From: a virus
DNA: 64,000 nt
Reading direction: 5' to 3' (one strand)
IMG/VR virus record: IMGVR_UViG_3300043398_000057
Shown here piece by piece: positions 10,803-21,787 of the stretch. A program made the position numbers and the translations under genes. The first letter of the stretch is position 1; every line of letters starts with the position of its first letter. The notes below the pieces were generated by a model. It ran no database searches. It was given only the letters and a program-made list of their open reading frames with translations, and was not told where the DNA came from.

Positions 10803-12606
10803 TTTGAAATCAAGTCTCAAGAATCAGTCAAAATCATCTGATATTGAAAAGAGTCTTGAGAAACAAAACCAAAATATTGGCGAAACGCTCAAGGAATCAA
10901 TCAAGGATGGTTTCACTGAAGCTAAGAGTAGTGCTTCGGAATTCCGTACCAAATACTTTTCTCGTAGAGGTATTGGTAGAGAAACCATTCGAGGTGGTTT
11001 GTCAATTGCGGAAGAAATCATCCCGTTCGCAAAGAGTATCACAACGCCTATCAAGATGACGCTTGAGCGTGATTTGCAGGCTGAAATCAAGACTAAACGC
11101 GCACTGAACAATACTGAACTCAAGCGTGATGAAAAGGCTCAAAACGTCTTGCTTGAAAAGTTTGGCGAGTCTGTCAAAGACCAAGAACAAGGTCTGAGGG
11201 ACAAGTTCAAACAAATCATGAAACTCAAGGAAGAGGGTTTCAATGAACGTGACATTTTCGCTCAAGAAGGTTTCAAAGACTTCGAGAAGTTCTTTTACAA
11301 CAGTTTCAAGAAAACTGAAATCTCGCAAGATTCAAACCAAGAAAGTGGTTTGGGTGGTGAAACCACAACCGCAATCAAAGAACAGACAAAGATCATCACC
11401 GATCAAACTCAGGCGTTGCGTGATCAAACGCCCATTCTGAGCGCACAGGAAGAATCTCTAAAGAATATCAACACTTTGGTTGAACAGGTTGCAAATAGCC
11501 CACTGGCTAAAGAAATTCTGAACGATTACCAAACCAAACTCGAACAAATCATTAAGACTCGCGCAGAACAACAACCAAAAACTCTCAGTGATGAAGAAAA
11601 GGTTGCAAAGACTGTCACGGAGTTGGACGCTTTTACAGAATATCGAAAACTCAACAAAGACCTTGAAAATAAGTTGAAGCCTATTGTTGAGAAAGAGACT
11701 GTCAAAAAGAAAGTTTCCGAAAATCCCGGTTTGCCACTGATTACGAAACTTGAGAAACAGAAAGATCAGCTACCATTTAAGAAAACGGGTGTTGCAACTG
11801 GTTCTGCACTGTTGATGCAATTGCTTGAACGCGCGGGTTCAAACCCTAGTGATTCTATTGCTCAAAAACGTGCACAAGAAACACAAAAGGAAAACGAACT
11901 GGTTCACAATGAACTGCAATCCGAACAAAACAAAAAAATTGATACTGTAGCACAAAACACCGATGAAACCGTCACGGTTTTGAAATCAATTGAGGCAAAA
12001 CTTGATAAGGGTGGTGACGACACTGGTTCTTTCTATGATCGTCTGAAAGACCGATTTGGTGGTGTTATTGGCGGTGGCGGTGGAAAGGGTGGCAAGGTAA
12101 CGCCTCCGAAACCATCCCCGGGCGATGCTGGAAAAGCTAGCAAACTTGGAAAAATTGGTAAAGCTGGAAAAATGGGTTCGAGTCTTTTGAAGAAGATTCC
12201 GGGCGTTGGTCTTGCCGCTGGCATCGGTCTTGCGGGTAGTGCATTGCTTGATGGTGACTTTGTTGGTGCCGGGCTGAACCTTGCTTCCGGTGTTGCATCA
12301 ACGGTTCCGGGTATTGGAACCGCAATTTCTTTGGGTCTTGATGGTATCGATATGGCGAGAGATTTGACCGCTGTGACAGATAATATTTCCGCTGGTGTGG
12401 ATATGTTGCCCGATGTTTTGGAGAAAGCCGCAGATTCGAATCAATCGTTCATGGATGTTATCAAACAATCTCAAACACCATCAATTGTTGATGCATCAAC
12501 AGTGAACAACAATACATCGATTCAATATGTTGCGCCAAGGGTAAGAAATCCTGAACCAACATTTGAGCGTCTTAGTAATTCCAGATATGACACAAGGGTG
12601 AACTGA
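10786..12606 (+). CDS. Tail length/baseplate hub-like protein (gp29-like)
   Basis: Long helical protein with LKKIPG.GL..G......GDF.GAGL.LASG.AST.PG.GTA.S.G.D, a motif seen in T4-like tape-measure/hub proteins. Confidence 0.5.
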   Translation: MALPSDLKSSLKNQSKSSDIEKSLEKQNQNIGETLKESIKDGFTEAKSSASEFRTKYFSRRGIGRETIRGGLSIAEEIIPFAKSITTPIKMTLERDLQAEIKTKRALNNTELKRDEKAQNVLLEKFGESVKDQEQGLRDKFKQIMKLKEEGFNERDIFAQEGFKDFEKFFYNSFKKTEISQDSNQESGLGGETTTAIKEQTKIITDQTQALRDQTPILSAQEESLKNINTLVEQVANSPLAKEILNDYQTKLEQIIKTRAEQQPKTLSDEEKVAKTVTELDAFTEYRKLNKDLENKLKPIVEKETVKKKVSENPGLPLITKLEKQKDQLPFKKTGVATGSALLMQLLERAGSNPSDSIAQKRAQETQKENELVHNELQSEQNKKIDTVAQNTDETVTVLKSIEAKLDKGGDDTGSFYDRLKDRFGGVIGGGGGKGGKVTPPKPSPGDAGKASKLGKIGKAGKMGSSLLKKIPGVGLAAGIGLAGSALLDGDFVGAGLNLASGVASTVPGIGTAISLGLDGIDMARDLTAVTDNISAGVDMLPDVLEKAADSNQSFMDVIKQSQTPSIVDASTVNNNTSIQYVAPRVRNPEPTFERLSNSRYDTRVN

Positions 12607-13019
12607 TGAACTATCCAGTTAATCACAATTTGCATCCATTTAACGTTTACAATCAAAACAGGTTTGATATGACATACCTTGACATTTATGTTTCGACTGG
12701 TACAGACTTTGAGTTTACTTTTGATGTGAGCGAATTCATCGAGCCGGAAGACGATTAGCTTGATGGTTCGTGGACAATTGAAACCGTTTACTCTCAAAGC
12801 CGATATTCAAAAGTTAAACAGAATTTCTCGACGGAGATTTTGAATTCAAGAGAAATCAAAATCAGTTTGCAAGATTCGCAGACCGTAAATCTCAAATACA
12901 ATAAATATGTGTATTCGGTTTTTCTTGTAAAAGATTCTGCGAAGCGAACCCTTATTTCTGAAGGCGTGATGCAAGTAAATCAGATTGTGACTCCTAACAG
13001 ACAGAATGGGGGAATTTAA
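12606..13019 (+). CDS. Virion structural protein (absent from ORF track; TAG at 12756-12758)
   Basis: TGATG and TAATG couplings to both neighbours. GTDFEFTF...ISL...QT..LK...YVY.V......LISEG is the cyanophage-type small virion protein pattern. Confidence 0.7.
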
Positions 13020-13984
13020 TGCCTATCATTTCGACTAGAGAAGAATTCATTGACAATGTGAAACGCCGCCTTGGATGGCCCGTTATCAGTTTGGAACTTG
13101 AAGAAAACCAGATTGACGACCGTGTTGATGAAGCAATCGATTTTTTCTTTGATTTCCACTATGACGGTACTGTTAGAACCTACTTGAAGCACCAACTGAG
13201 TGCAACAGAGGTATCATTCGTGAGTCCTGCTTAGGGAATCATTCCGGGTGAGCGTTTGGAACGCTCAGATGGCTCAGGGTTCACCGTTTTGAGTGTTGCC
13301 AATGGCTCAGGTAGTGTCCTCACAAAAAACTCGTCTGGTGTCCAAATTGGCGAAACGCTGACCGGTAACATGTCCGGTGTCACTGTTGTGATTGACGCTG
13401 TTGATATCGGAGACATTGAAAACCGGTTCATCGACCTTCGTGACATTAACGGTAACCATGTGATTCGAGGCGTTTCAAGAATTGTTCCGATTGAGAGTGC
13501 ATCCGGTACGTCAAATGGTCATGTGTTTGATGCGCGTTATCACGCAACAATTGACGCTTTGTATACCATCAATCATGGCGGAATGCTTGACTACAGCATT
13601 GCAATGTCAAACTTGACTTTGTTGGATCAAGTTTTGCGCCCACGCCAATCAGTTCGGTTCAACAAGGCTCAAGGGTTGCTGTATGTTGATATGGATTGGG
13701 AAAAATACACCCCGGGCGACTAGATCATTGTTGATTGCTTCCGTGTTGTTGATCCTGAAATTTTCAGCGACATTTACAATGATCGAAACTTGCAAAAACT
13801 TGCCGCAGCATACCTGAAAAAGCAATGGGGTACAAACATCAAGAAATATGCAAACGTTTCTCTGATTGCTGGTGTCACGATTGACGGTAACACGATTTAT
13901 CAGGAAGGTGTTGCGGAGTCTGCCGAAGCTGAAACTTCTATCAGGGATAACTATGAAATCCCACCTATCGGATTCTTTGAGTAA
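13019..13984 (+). CDS. gp13: Neck protein gp13, TAG at 13232 and 13721
   Basis: RRLG.PVI..E....QIDDR.DEA, K.QWG.N.KKY..V....GVT.DG..IY and C-terminal YE.PP.GF motifs, all in one frame. Confidence 0.9.
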
Positions 13985-14778
13985 TGGCAACAATCAACCC
14001 ATTTTTTAACCGTTCGGCCAAACAAGTCGAGGCCGAATATGTTCAGGACATGATTGAAGAATCTATCAAGATTCAGGGTCTTGAGGTTTACTACATTCCT
14101 AGAATCCTGAACAATTTTGACAAGATTTTCGGCGAGTCAACTGACGTTTCTTTCAACGTTGCTATTCCAATGGCAATGTATCCCGAAACTCGTCAATTCA
14201 TCGGTCAAGACACGTTGACACGTTTCGGTTTGCAGTCTTTCCAAACATGTGATTTTTCTGTTGGTAGAAGACACTTCGAAGAACAATATCGAGATAATAT
14301 CCCACCATCGCGTGACCCAAAACTAACTTGGCGACCATGTGAAGGTGACTTGATTTTCATTTCGTCTAATGTTATTCAGGGCAACCCATCAATTTTTGAA
14401 ATCAAGTTTGTTGATGATGATTCACCTGTTTGGCACCAATTGGGTAAGAATTTCACATGGAAACTCAATTGTGAATTGTTCCAATACAGCAAAGAAGAGT
14501 TCTCTACCGGTAACACCGAAATTGACAATGATGTGTTCGGAAAGTACAACACAACAAATGAGAAATACATTTTGTTGGAAATCTCTTCGGATGCCATTCA
14601 AACCAGTTTGGCATATGAGCAATCCGGTACACCGATCAATCTTGAGGCATCAGAAAATTCAGAAACTTCTACTGTTGTGACAACGCCATATGGCGACAAC
14701 ATGGAAATCAAACAAGAATTTTGTGAGAAAATCGTAACTAATGAATGGGATGAATCCGATCCCTTTGGAGGTTTCTAA
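13984..14778 (+). CDS. gp14: Neck protein gp14
   Basis: EES.KI.G.EVYYIPR......D.IFGE, RP.EGDLI, FEIKFV, QLGK motifs. Confidence 0.9.
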   Translation: MATINPFFNRSAKQVEAEYVQDMIEESIKIQGLEVYYIPRILNNFDKIFGESTDVSFNVAIPMAMYPETRQFIGQDTLTRFGLQSFQTCDFSVGRRHFEEQYRDNIPPSRDPKLTWRPCEGDLIFISSNVIQGNPSIFEIKFVDDDSPVWHQLGKNFTWKLNCELFQYSKEEFSTGNTEIDNDVFGKYNTTNEKYILLEISSDAIQTSLAYEQSGTPINLEASENSETSTVVTTPYGDNMEIKQEFCEKIVTNEWDESDPFGGF

Positions 14779-15599
14779 TGATTCCGGGTTTCACTGGTCA
14801 TCAAGTAATTCGTAAAACGGTTGTTGCTTTTGGTAGCTTGTTTTCTCGTTTGTACGTTATCACCAGAAATAAGGATGGTGAAATCATTCAATCGAAGAAG
14901 ATTCCGATCACATATTTGCCAAAGGAAAAGTGGGTTCGTCGTACTGGTGAAAACCCTCTGGTCACAAACGAAATTTTGACAACTCTTCCGCGTGCTTCGT
15001 TCGAGTTGACAAACCTTTCATACAACTCTTCGCGTCAGTTGCCAAAGTTCAACCAAACTTCCATCAATGGCGGTGGAACACAGGGTTCACCAACGCCTTA
15101 CGACTTGTCATTTAACCTTTATGTGACCACCAAGACGCTTGATGAAATGTATCAGGTCATGGAGCAAATTCTTCCATTCTTCAGCCCGGAATAGGTTGTC
15201 AGTGTGAAGGTGGACGGTTCATCTGATGGTGTCATGGATGTTCCAATTATTTTGGAAAGCAATACAACTGAAGACTCGTATGATGGTGATTTTGTTGACC
15301 GTAGAGAAATCATCACGACATTCACGTTTACAGCCAAGGTAAATCTGTATCAGGCAACCAAGGGTATTGATTACGCCAAAATTGCCGGTATTGTTGATGA
15401 ATGCTGTAATGATGGTGAAGTGCTTGGTAGAATCAAGAAAGTCATTATCGACATTCCTCAAGGCAACACAAGGTATACGGCACAAGTTGTGCAGGCTTCA
15501 GCCGAAAAGGAAGACTTGCACAAGGTTATCGAATCCGAAAACGAAATGCCTATCGAAGACCTTATCAAAAACGTGAACATTCATCCTGAGTATTTCTGA
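14778..15599 (+). CDS. gp15: Tail sheath stabiliser/terminator gp15, TAG at 15192-15194
   Basis: IRK.VVAFG.LF, TLPR.SFE, EQILPFF.PE*, D.PI.L, Y.GDF..RR motifs. Confidence 0.9.
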
Positions 15600-16045
15600 T
15601 GCCAACGAAAAATCAAAATCAAAGTATCGCTGATGCGCTTGACGTTGAACCTTTCTTCCCTGAACAGGAAGAGAGTTTTGATATTGTTGAGCAAATCGAG
15701 AATTAGCCTGATCAGGGTTCGGTTGATGAATATGCTGAGTAGGCAAAATCAAAGGCAATTGCCAAGAAACAAATCATTGGTTTGATGCAAACCGCAAATG
15801 AGGCAATTTCGGAACTTCATGAAATCGCTCGTTCAACAGAAAAATCTTTCGACTACGAACGTGTTTTCAAGGGTATTGAGTCGGTTTCGCATCTTGCCAA
15901 AACTCTAGTCGATATTGACAAGCCTGTTGAGAAAAAGCAACCACAGAGTTCAACTGTGATTGACAACAGTGTTACAAACAACACCATGAGTTTGAACACC
16001 AATGATGTTTTTGATGCTGTTCGTAGAGCACTGAACAAAGATTAA
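15599..16045 (+). CDS. gp16: Terminase small subunit gp16, TAG at 15704 and 15740
   Basis: TGATG coupling after gp15. I..ALDV N-terminus, helical core and NSVTNN C-terminal motif. Syntenic position. Confidence 0.65.
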
Positions 16046-16416
16046 ATCTGACAGAAGACCTGTTTACCAAGTCTTTTCTTTTTCTTGCATTCATCTGCCC
16101 AATGTGGGTAAATGTCGGCGCGATAGAAGTGTGTGGCCCCCTTTGTGGGGTCTTTCTTTTTCCCATCGAGAATTTCTTGAGCGAGGTTCATTGATTTGAA
16201 CCATGCTTCCGACTCAGTGACCTTTGGCGAAGTCTTGTTCGGTTTGACCCATGAGAATTGATTTTTCTGTTTCACTGTGTCGCAAACACGTTCTTCATCA
16301 TTTTCCGAACGATTCATGACAACGTGTGCCACAGCGACTTGAGCGACAACCGGTTCTGACCGACTTTCATGGTAGATGGTTGACGCCAAGCAAATTAGTG
16401 CAGTTTGTAGAATCAC
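16042..16416 (-). CDS. Cell-wall hydrolase (SleB/Hydrolase_2)
   Basis: CLA..IYHE.R.E...AQ.AVA.VV.NR, QFSW, DPT.GATHF motifs. Confidence 0.85.
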   Translation of the reverse strand: MILQTALICLASTIYHESRSEPVVAQVAVAHVVMNRSENDEERVCDTVKQKNQFSWVKPNKTSPKVTESEAWFKSMNLAQEILDGKKKDPTKGATHFYRADIYPHWADECKKKKRLGKQVFCQI

Positions 16417-16795
16417 GATTTTTCCAACACCCCATCAATTTCTTGATCAGTTGCCCATATTTGACCACCCGTGTCCAGAAGTTCAATGTTGTGTGGCATG
16501 GCATAGTCTTCGGGATCGCGACAAATATAAATCGCCTCACGATGTTCACCATATGCGAAGTACCAACAACGTTCACCACGTTCGAAAAATTTCAGTAGCT
16601 TCATCAGAACCCCACTTCGATCTTGCCATTTTCGCGGGTAACCTTTGCCCATGGCAGTGCCACCATAGCAAAAAGAATTACAATCGGTAAAACAATCATC
16701 GCGACTGCACCGATGATAGGCAGAGTGAAGAAAATGAAAGTCTTGATTGCGAAGTTGGACATGATTTTCCTTAGTTGATTTGTTGCGATGTATGA

Positions 16796-16843
16796 ATTAT
16801 GTCCCTTCGGGACCATCTTGTCAATCACAAAGTTGTAACAGTT
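16796..16843 (-). promoter_or_regulatory. Early sigma70 promoter-stem-loop cassette
   Basis: - strand TGTTACAAC..TTGACA-17 bp (hairpin)-CATAAT. Confidence 0.8.
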
Positions 16844-17223
16844 TGTGTGGTTTCAGTGTAGGTAAGATTCCAACGTTCGGCAATTCTTTTCATTTCGCGT
16901 TCAAAACTTGGGGCTCCATTGACGCTCCAAATACCATCATGTGCCCGTTGAAGTTCTGTCAGAAGATTCAATTGATGAACAGAAAAGAACTTTTCGTATT
17001 CAGCCTTTCGATAGCGTTCCATCGAAACAATTGAAGTTCCGTGTCCCACAATACTATCCCACGAATTTGCAGTTTCATCATCGATGCAATGACCGACAGC
17101 ACATTTCAAACCACCATTACCACGATATGCACAACCATAGTCACGAGATGATTGTTCGTAACCCTGTTCGCGAATACCGAACAGTGCCTTGTCAAAGATT
17201 TCTTGATTGGTCAGTTGAGTCAT
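16825..17223 (-). CDS. Hypothetical early protein, family A copy 1
   Basis: TNQEIFDKALFGIR.QGY...CAYRG..GLKCAVGHCIDDETA is shared with three other copies. Confidence 0.75.
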   Translation of the reverse strand: MTQLTNQEIFDKALFGIREQGYEQSSRDYGCAYRGNGGLKCAVGHCIDDETANSWDSIVGHGTSIVSMERYRKAEYEKFFSVHQLNLLTELQRAHDGIWSVNGAPSFEREMKRIAERWNLTYTETTQTVTTL

Positions 17224-17258
17224 GATGTTCAATTGAAAGTTGTGTTGCGATGAAATGA

Positions 17259-17304
17259 ATTATGGTTCAGAAATGTTTCAGTGTCAACAACAAAGTTGTA
17301 ACAG
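17259..17304 (-). promoter_or_regulatory. Early sigma70 promoter (no spacer hairpin)
   Basis: TGTTACAAC, TTGACA-17-CATAAT and the same leader TCATT.CATCGCAACACAAC. Confidence 0.75.
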
Positions 17305-17308
17305 AATG

Positions 17309-17331
17309 AAAAAAGACCCCGAAGGGTCTTT
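17309..17331 (-). terminator. Terminator after gp32
   Basis: aaagaccc-ttcg-gggtcttttt on the - strand. Confidence 0.8.
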
Positions 17332-17351
17332 CGTGTCAGGTCAATCAGAAA

Positions 17352-18434
17352 TCAATCAACCAGATTCTTGAAGAAATCGTCTTCGTCATCAATCGCAGGG
17401 GTTTGATCCGCGACGGGCTTCTTTGTAGCCTTTGACGACTTCGTTTCCTTCACCGCAACATTTTCCGAGATTTGTTTGGTGGTTTCCTTGATATCAAAGA
17501 ATCCATCATCGTCATCATCAGACCATGGCGCAGTCTTATCAGCCGCAACAGACTTCTTTTCAGCAGTCTGTTGCGGCATCGTGACACTATCGGGAATGTC
17601 AGTGAAACCATCGTCATCATCAAGATTGTTGTCTTGATTGTCGCCACTCTTTTCCGACTGTTGACCCGAATTCTTCTGATCGATGTTCATCACCCAATTG
17701 TACTTGTTCATCAACTCTTCGGGAGTCAGGAACTTTTCAGGCTTGATGAATTCTTGAAGATCATAGCACTGAGCCATGATTTCATCATGATCACCGGGAC
17801 AAGGCTTGATCTTACCAAACTTCGAATCATCGTAGTTGTTCAGATTATTGACTTGCTTGCAAACGTAGGTAAAATTTGCACCGTTGGTCAGGTCGAACGG
17901 GTTCAGAGGTTCGGGAATTTCAACGTCATCATCATCCATGTCAAGCATAGCGGGTTGTTGTGGCTTTGCGGCCTTAACAATCAAATCCATGATTGACTTA
18001 CCGAAACGGAACACCTTAACCTTACCGTTGTTCTCTGGCTTTGCCGGGTCTTTCACAACGAGAATGTTGGCGTAGAAGTATTCATTTCGGCGTTGCTTCG
18101 TGGCTTGCTTTTTCAGTGATTCGTTACCACTGTTGTAAAGATCACCATTCATCGTGTAAATGGGGTCTTCCAGACCAATCGAAGTTGGCGAGTTTTCAGC
18201 GAAATAACGCTTCTTACCGTTGACAGTGTTGAAGAAATAATACTGATAACGACGAACGAACAGATCACCGTCTTCAGCCTTAGGTGGCAGGAATCGAATC
18301 ACAGCAGCGAATTCGCCCTTTTCATCAACAGTGCCTTGCCACAGCAGTTCCTTTTCACCGTCATTGGTCTTTTTGTATGTGGTCTTCTTGGATTGAACAC
18401 CATCGATAGCATTAAGCAGTTTTGAGAAGTCCAT
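17352..18434 (-). CDS. gp32: Single-stranded DNA-binding protein gp32
   Basis: AVIRFLP, Y.ANILVVKDPA.PENNGKV..FRFGK.I.D and acidic tail ending DDFFKNL. Confidence 0.95.
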   Translation of the reverse strand: MDFSKLLNAIDGVQSKKTTYKKTNDGEKELLWQGTVDEKGEFAAVIRFLPPKAEDGDLFVRRYQYYFFNTVNGKKRYFAENSPTSIGLEDPIYTMNGDLYNSGNESLKKQATKQRRNEYFYANILVVKDPAKPENNGKVKVFRFGKSIMDLIVKAAKPQQPAMLDMDDDDVEIPEPLNPFDLTNGANFTYVCKQVNNLNNYDDSKFGKIKPCPGDHDEIMAQCYDLQEFIKPEKFLTPEELMNKYNWVMNIDQKNSGQQSEKSGDNQDNNLDDDDGFTDIPDSVTMPQQTAEKKSVAADKTAPWSDDDDDGFFDIKETTKQISENVAVKETKSSKATKKPVADQTPAIDDEDDFFKNLVD

Positions 18435-18470
18435 AAGTTTTACCTTTCAGTTTTGAGTTTAACGTAAGTT

Positions 18471-19007
18471 TTACAAGAATTTTTCAGCATTGAAAAACGC
18501 TTTGTATTTAGTGAGTCGAAAAGCAAGGGGTTTGAAACCAATCAACATAGTGTCATAGTTGGCACTTTTGAGAAATTTCTTCTTTGCTTCGATCACCATT
18601 GCAAACTCTGGTGTGACTTTCTTTGCCGCCACCAGTGAAAGCAATGTTAGCACAGGATGGTTGCTTTTTTGCAACGCCTGTTGAAAAGTCTTGTTGTCTG
18701 CATCAAGGTTGTGCCGAATGGCCCGCATCCTACCAACGTATTGCAAATACAGTTCATACGATGTACCGTTATCGATCCATCGGATATCTTTGTCATCAAG
18801 ATGACATGCAACACAAGACTTTGAGAGTTCGCGCAAATCTCGATACTGATTTGCAATAGACTGAATCTTTCGGTACTCCGCTTCTGTTAGGTTTTGAAAC
18901 CTAGCCTCAAGTCCCGAAAGATGTTCCGTGGAAGTCGCATCAAACTTCACCTGAGTAAAGTGAAGTCTGATAAGTTCCATGTGACGAAATGCGTCAAATT
19001 CATTCAT
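18471..19007 (-). CDS. gp59: Helicase loader gp59-like
   Basis: F.A......I.LHFT...FD N-terminus, KY..F C-terminus, adjacent to gp32. Confidence 0.6.
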   Translation of the reverse strand: MNEFDAFRHMELIRLHFTQVKFDATSTEHLSGLEARFQNLTEAEYRKIQSIANQYRDLRELSKSCVACHLDDKDIRWIDNGTSYELYLQYVGRMRAIRHNLDADNKTFQQALQKSNHPVLTLLSLVAAKKVTPEFAMVIEAKKKFLKSANYDTMLIGFKPLAFRLTKYKAFFNAEKFL

Positions 19008-19729
19008 TTGAGTCTTACATGAGAAAGTTTTCCGGTGTAGTAGGCCCCGGTGTCAATGAACGACCATGACCAATCATTTTTCTGCAATTCTACAACATCA
19101 TCAACGATGGTGTGACCCGAAATGATGTTCGGAAATTGAGGATCGTTCAGAGCAGGGTTTTTAAGCAGTTCTGCGCGTTTGTTTGGGTAGATGTAGTGTC
19201 GCTCCCATTGGTGAACTGGACACTCCCAAAACCCTTTATTTCGCGGTTTGGTGACTTGTTCAAACCATTTCTCTGACAGTGCCGGTTCAGTGATGTGGTC
19301 AAGGTTCAATTCAGCATGAACAAGCATTGTCTTGCGATTTGAACCGGTGTCGATAACGATCAGGTTCGGACACTTTTGAGGAATGTCCAACGTGATACCC
19401 TTCAGCACATCACGATCTTCACTGTAAGCCCAAAGCCCACCGTTTTGGATGAACAGGTCGGAATCGAAATTGTCATCAATCCAATCACACAGCATTCTTT
19501 CATGGTTGCCTTCGATTGAAAGGAACCATGGTTCATAGATCAGGTTCAAACACTTCATCGATTCTTCGCCACGGTCAACCAAGTCGCCACAGCAAATGCA
19601 CAAATCGGTGGAAAAGTTGAAGTTCACGTTGTCGAGTAGTTCCATCAGTTCATCATACGAACCGTGAATGTCGCCGACAACAATGACCTTGTTCCAGTCT
19701 TTTACGTTGATGTGTTTAACGTTAATCAT
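19004..19729 (-). CDS. Ser/Thr protein phosphatase (metallophosphoesterase)
   Basis: GDIHG, GDLVDRG, GNHE, GHT, IDTGA motifs. Confidence 0.9.
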   Translation of the reverse strand: MINVKHINVKDWNKVIVVGDIHGSYDELMELLDNVNFNFSTDLCICCGDLVDRGEESMKCLNLIYEPWFLSIEGNHERMLCDWIDDNFDSDLFIQNGGLWAYSEDRDVLKGITLDIPQKCPNLIVIDTGSNRKTMLVHAELNLDHITEPALSEKWFEQVTKPRNKGFWECPVHQWERHYIYPNKRAELLKNPALNDPQFPNIISGHTIVDDVVELQKNDWSWSFIDTGAYYTGKLSHVRLK

Positions 19730-19875
19730 TTTAGTGTGAAGTAGATTGCGATGTTTGAAATTGTGTAACCAAAATACATGAAACCAACTGCATAGTTTTT
19801 CTTTAGCAGTTGGTCAACACATATGAACAGATATCCTATTGTGCAAAATGCGAGGAAAATCTGTGAGTAGTTCAT
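19726..19875 (-). CDS. Small membrane protein (49 aa)
   Basis: MNYSQIFLAFCTIGYLFICVDQLLKKNYAVGFMYFGY..., ATGA-coupled on both sides. Confidence 0.55.
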   Translation of the reverse strand: MNYSQIFLAFCTIGYLFICVDQLLKKNYAVGFMYFGYTISNIAIYFTLK

Positions 19876-20468
19876 TTTTGATCCGGTGCCAATTCGAGGT
19901 TGTCAACACTGATCAGGTTTGTCCTCAGTTGTCGTTCACGCCGAACAGTGATGAAGTCAACACCTTCCTTTTGAACAATGGTGTTGTCCACAACAATGAA
20001 CTTGTCCACACCATTGATGAACTTCACCTTTTTTCCGATTGTGAACTTTTTGTGCTTAGGTGTCATTTTTTCTTTCCTTTACATATTTTGTCGCCGCTTC
20101 AGTGCTGGTGAATGCAATCATCTCAAAATTTCCAGTACCACTGTCATTATAGAACAAAAACAGACTGGTTTTGGGTCGGAGTTCACCCTTCATGACATAT
20201 TTGAAATGTGAAATCTTCAGTTGTTCACCGGTTGTTTCATGCACCATTGTGGGTTGAGGAAAGATTTGATAACGTTCAATGTTACGCAGCATAGGGGTCA
20301 TCCTCACTCAGATTTCCAATCTTGGAATGTGAAATTACACCCTTGACTTTGACGACATTGCTTTCCAGAAAGTCAATGATTTCTTGAGTTGTATTGCCGC
20401 CGAAACCAAAGAACAGAAGAATTGGGGTGGTGTTTTCGGGCAGATTTTCAGGAATGCTGTGCATGGTA

Positions 20469-21074
20469 TCAACCTTTCAGGAAAGAATTCAGAACATCAC
20501 GAGTCAGTTCGAGTTCGGCAAGACGCTTTTCGCAGTTCTTCGTTTGTTCTTCGAGTTCGACCATTTTAATCGTGAACTTTCGATTCATGGTTGTGGCGCG
20601 AGAAATTTCCAGTTGCATCATCAGGTCAAGACCGTTCAAACGACGCTTCACATGTTTGATCGAATTCTTGATTTGATGGTGTGCAGATTGGATGCCGCTT
20701 CGACGCTTCAGATTTCGCTTTTGTTGAGCACTCATTTGTTTCTTCTTTGGTTCTTCGGTCATTGGTACTTGAATGGGTTGGTTGACGATTGGCGAAGTTT
20801 CCAGTGCTTCATTCGCGAGTTTTTGTGCATACACATTTTGCAAAATCCCCCTAACCGATGGGCGATTTTGTGTATCAACGTAGTAGTTTTTCCCGGGCAT
20901 ATCAAAATACTTTGCGATTTGACCATACCTACGGTATGAACGTCGAGTGCCATTATAAATGGGCCAAAATTCAATTTGTGCGCCACGCTTGGCGGCTTCG
21001 ATCAAAGCCCAACGCGGGTAACATTCAGAAATGCCTTCAATACTCAGCAGTTCATTCATATCGAGTTCTTGCAT
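20469..21074 (-). CDS. Hypothetical protein with basic coiled-coil C-terminus
   Basis: Intact ORF in the gene-dense - strand array. Confidence 0.55.
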   Translation of the reverse strand: MQELDMNELLSIEGISECYPRWALIEAAKRGAQIEFWPIYNGTRRSYRRYGQIAKYFDMPGKNYYVDTQNRPSVRGILQNVYAQKLANEALETSPIVNQPIQVPMTEEPKKKQMSAQQKRNLKRRSGIQSAHHQIKNSIKHVKRRLNGLDLMMQLEISRATTMNRKFTIKMVELEEQTKNCEKRLAELELTRDVLNSFLKG

Positions 21075-21091
21075 GATAGACCTTTCAAAAA

Positions 21092-21439
21092 TTAGCAACG
21101 GTTTGCACGTTCGTGACAAGCAGCTTCGGCAACCATCCAAGCAAGATGGTTAGCCAGATATGTGTCGATTTCCTTACCCGACAGGGTGTTGTACACGACC
21201 TTCCGACCATGGGCTTTTTCAAGTGCCGAAGTGCTGACGATACCTTCATCAACCATTTCGTCAATCCATTCAAAAATCAGTTCACGATTGTCTTCGTAGA
21301 ACTTGTTGGTTTCGCTGTAGTAGATGAAACCACTGAAGCCACCAGCAATACCATGATTGCAAACATCTTGGAAGCATTGCTCGAACTCTTCTTCGCCACC
21401 GAATTGTTCAACCACAGCGTTGTACAGATTTTGGTTCAT
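21092..21439 (-). CDS. Conserved phage hypothetical protein
   Basis: D...HG..GGFSGFIYY.ET..FY motif. Confidence 0.65.
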   Translation of the reverse strand: MNQNLYNAVVEQFGGEEEFEQCFQDVCNHGIAGGFSGFIYYSETNKFYEDNRELIFEWIDEMVDEGIVSTSALEKAHGRKVVYNTLSGKEIDTYLANHLAWMVAEAACHERANRC

Positions 21440-21726
21440 GATCAGATTCCTACTTCGTTGATTTGATGTTTGAGATTATCCAACTCTTCCATCAGTTTGT
21501 CAATACGTTGGATGATTTTTTGTTTTTGCATTCTTCGGTCGGCGTCTTTGTCATATTGAACCCAAATCATCCGATGGCAACCTTGAGCCGAAAGTTTCCG
21601 ACAAAGATCATGTTCATAGATGGCGACACAACCGCCACAACCAAGGCTTTCGCGTTGACGATAGTTGCCACATTCGGAAATTCTCATGATGTTCTTTCTG
21701 TTGAAAACTGTGTAGCGATGGAATGA

Positions 21727-21773
21727 ATTATGGCCCCGAAGGCCATGTTGTCAAGCACAAAGTTGTAACAGTT
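21727..21773 (-). promoter_or_regulatory. Early promoter-stem-loop cassette
   Basis: TTGACA-16 bp (atggcc-ttcg-gggcc hairpin)-CATAAT. Confidence 0.8.
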
Positions 21774-21787
21774 TACTTTGTTGCGAG

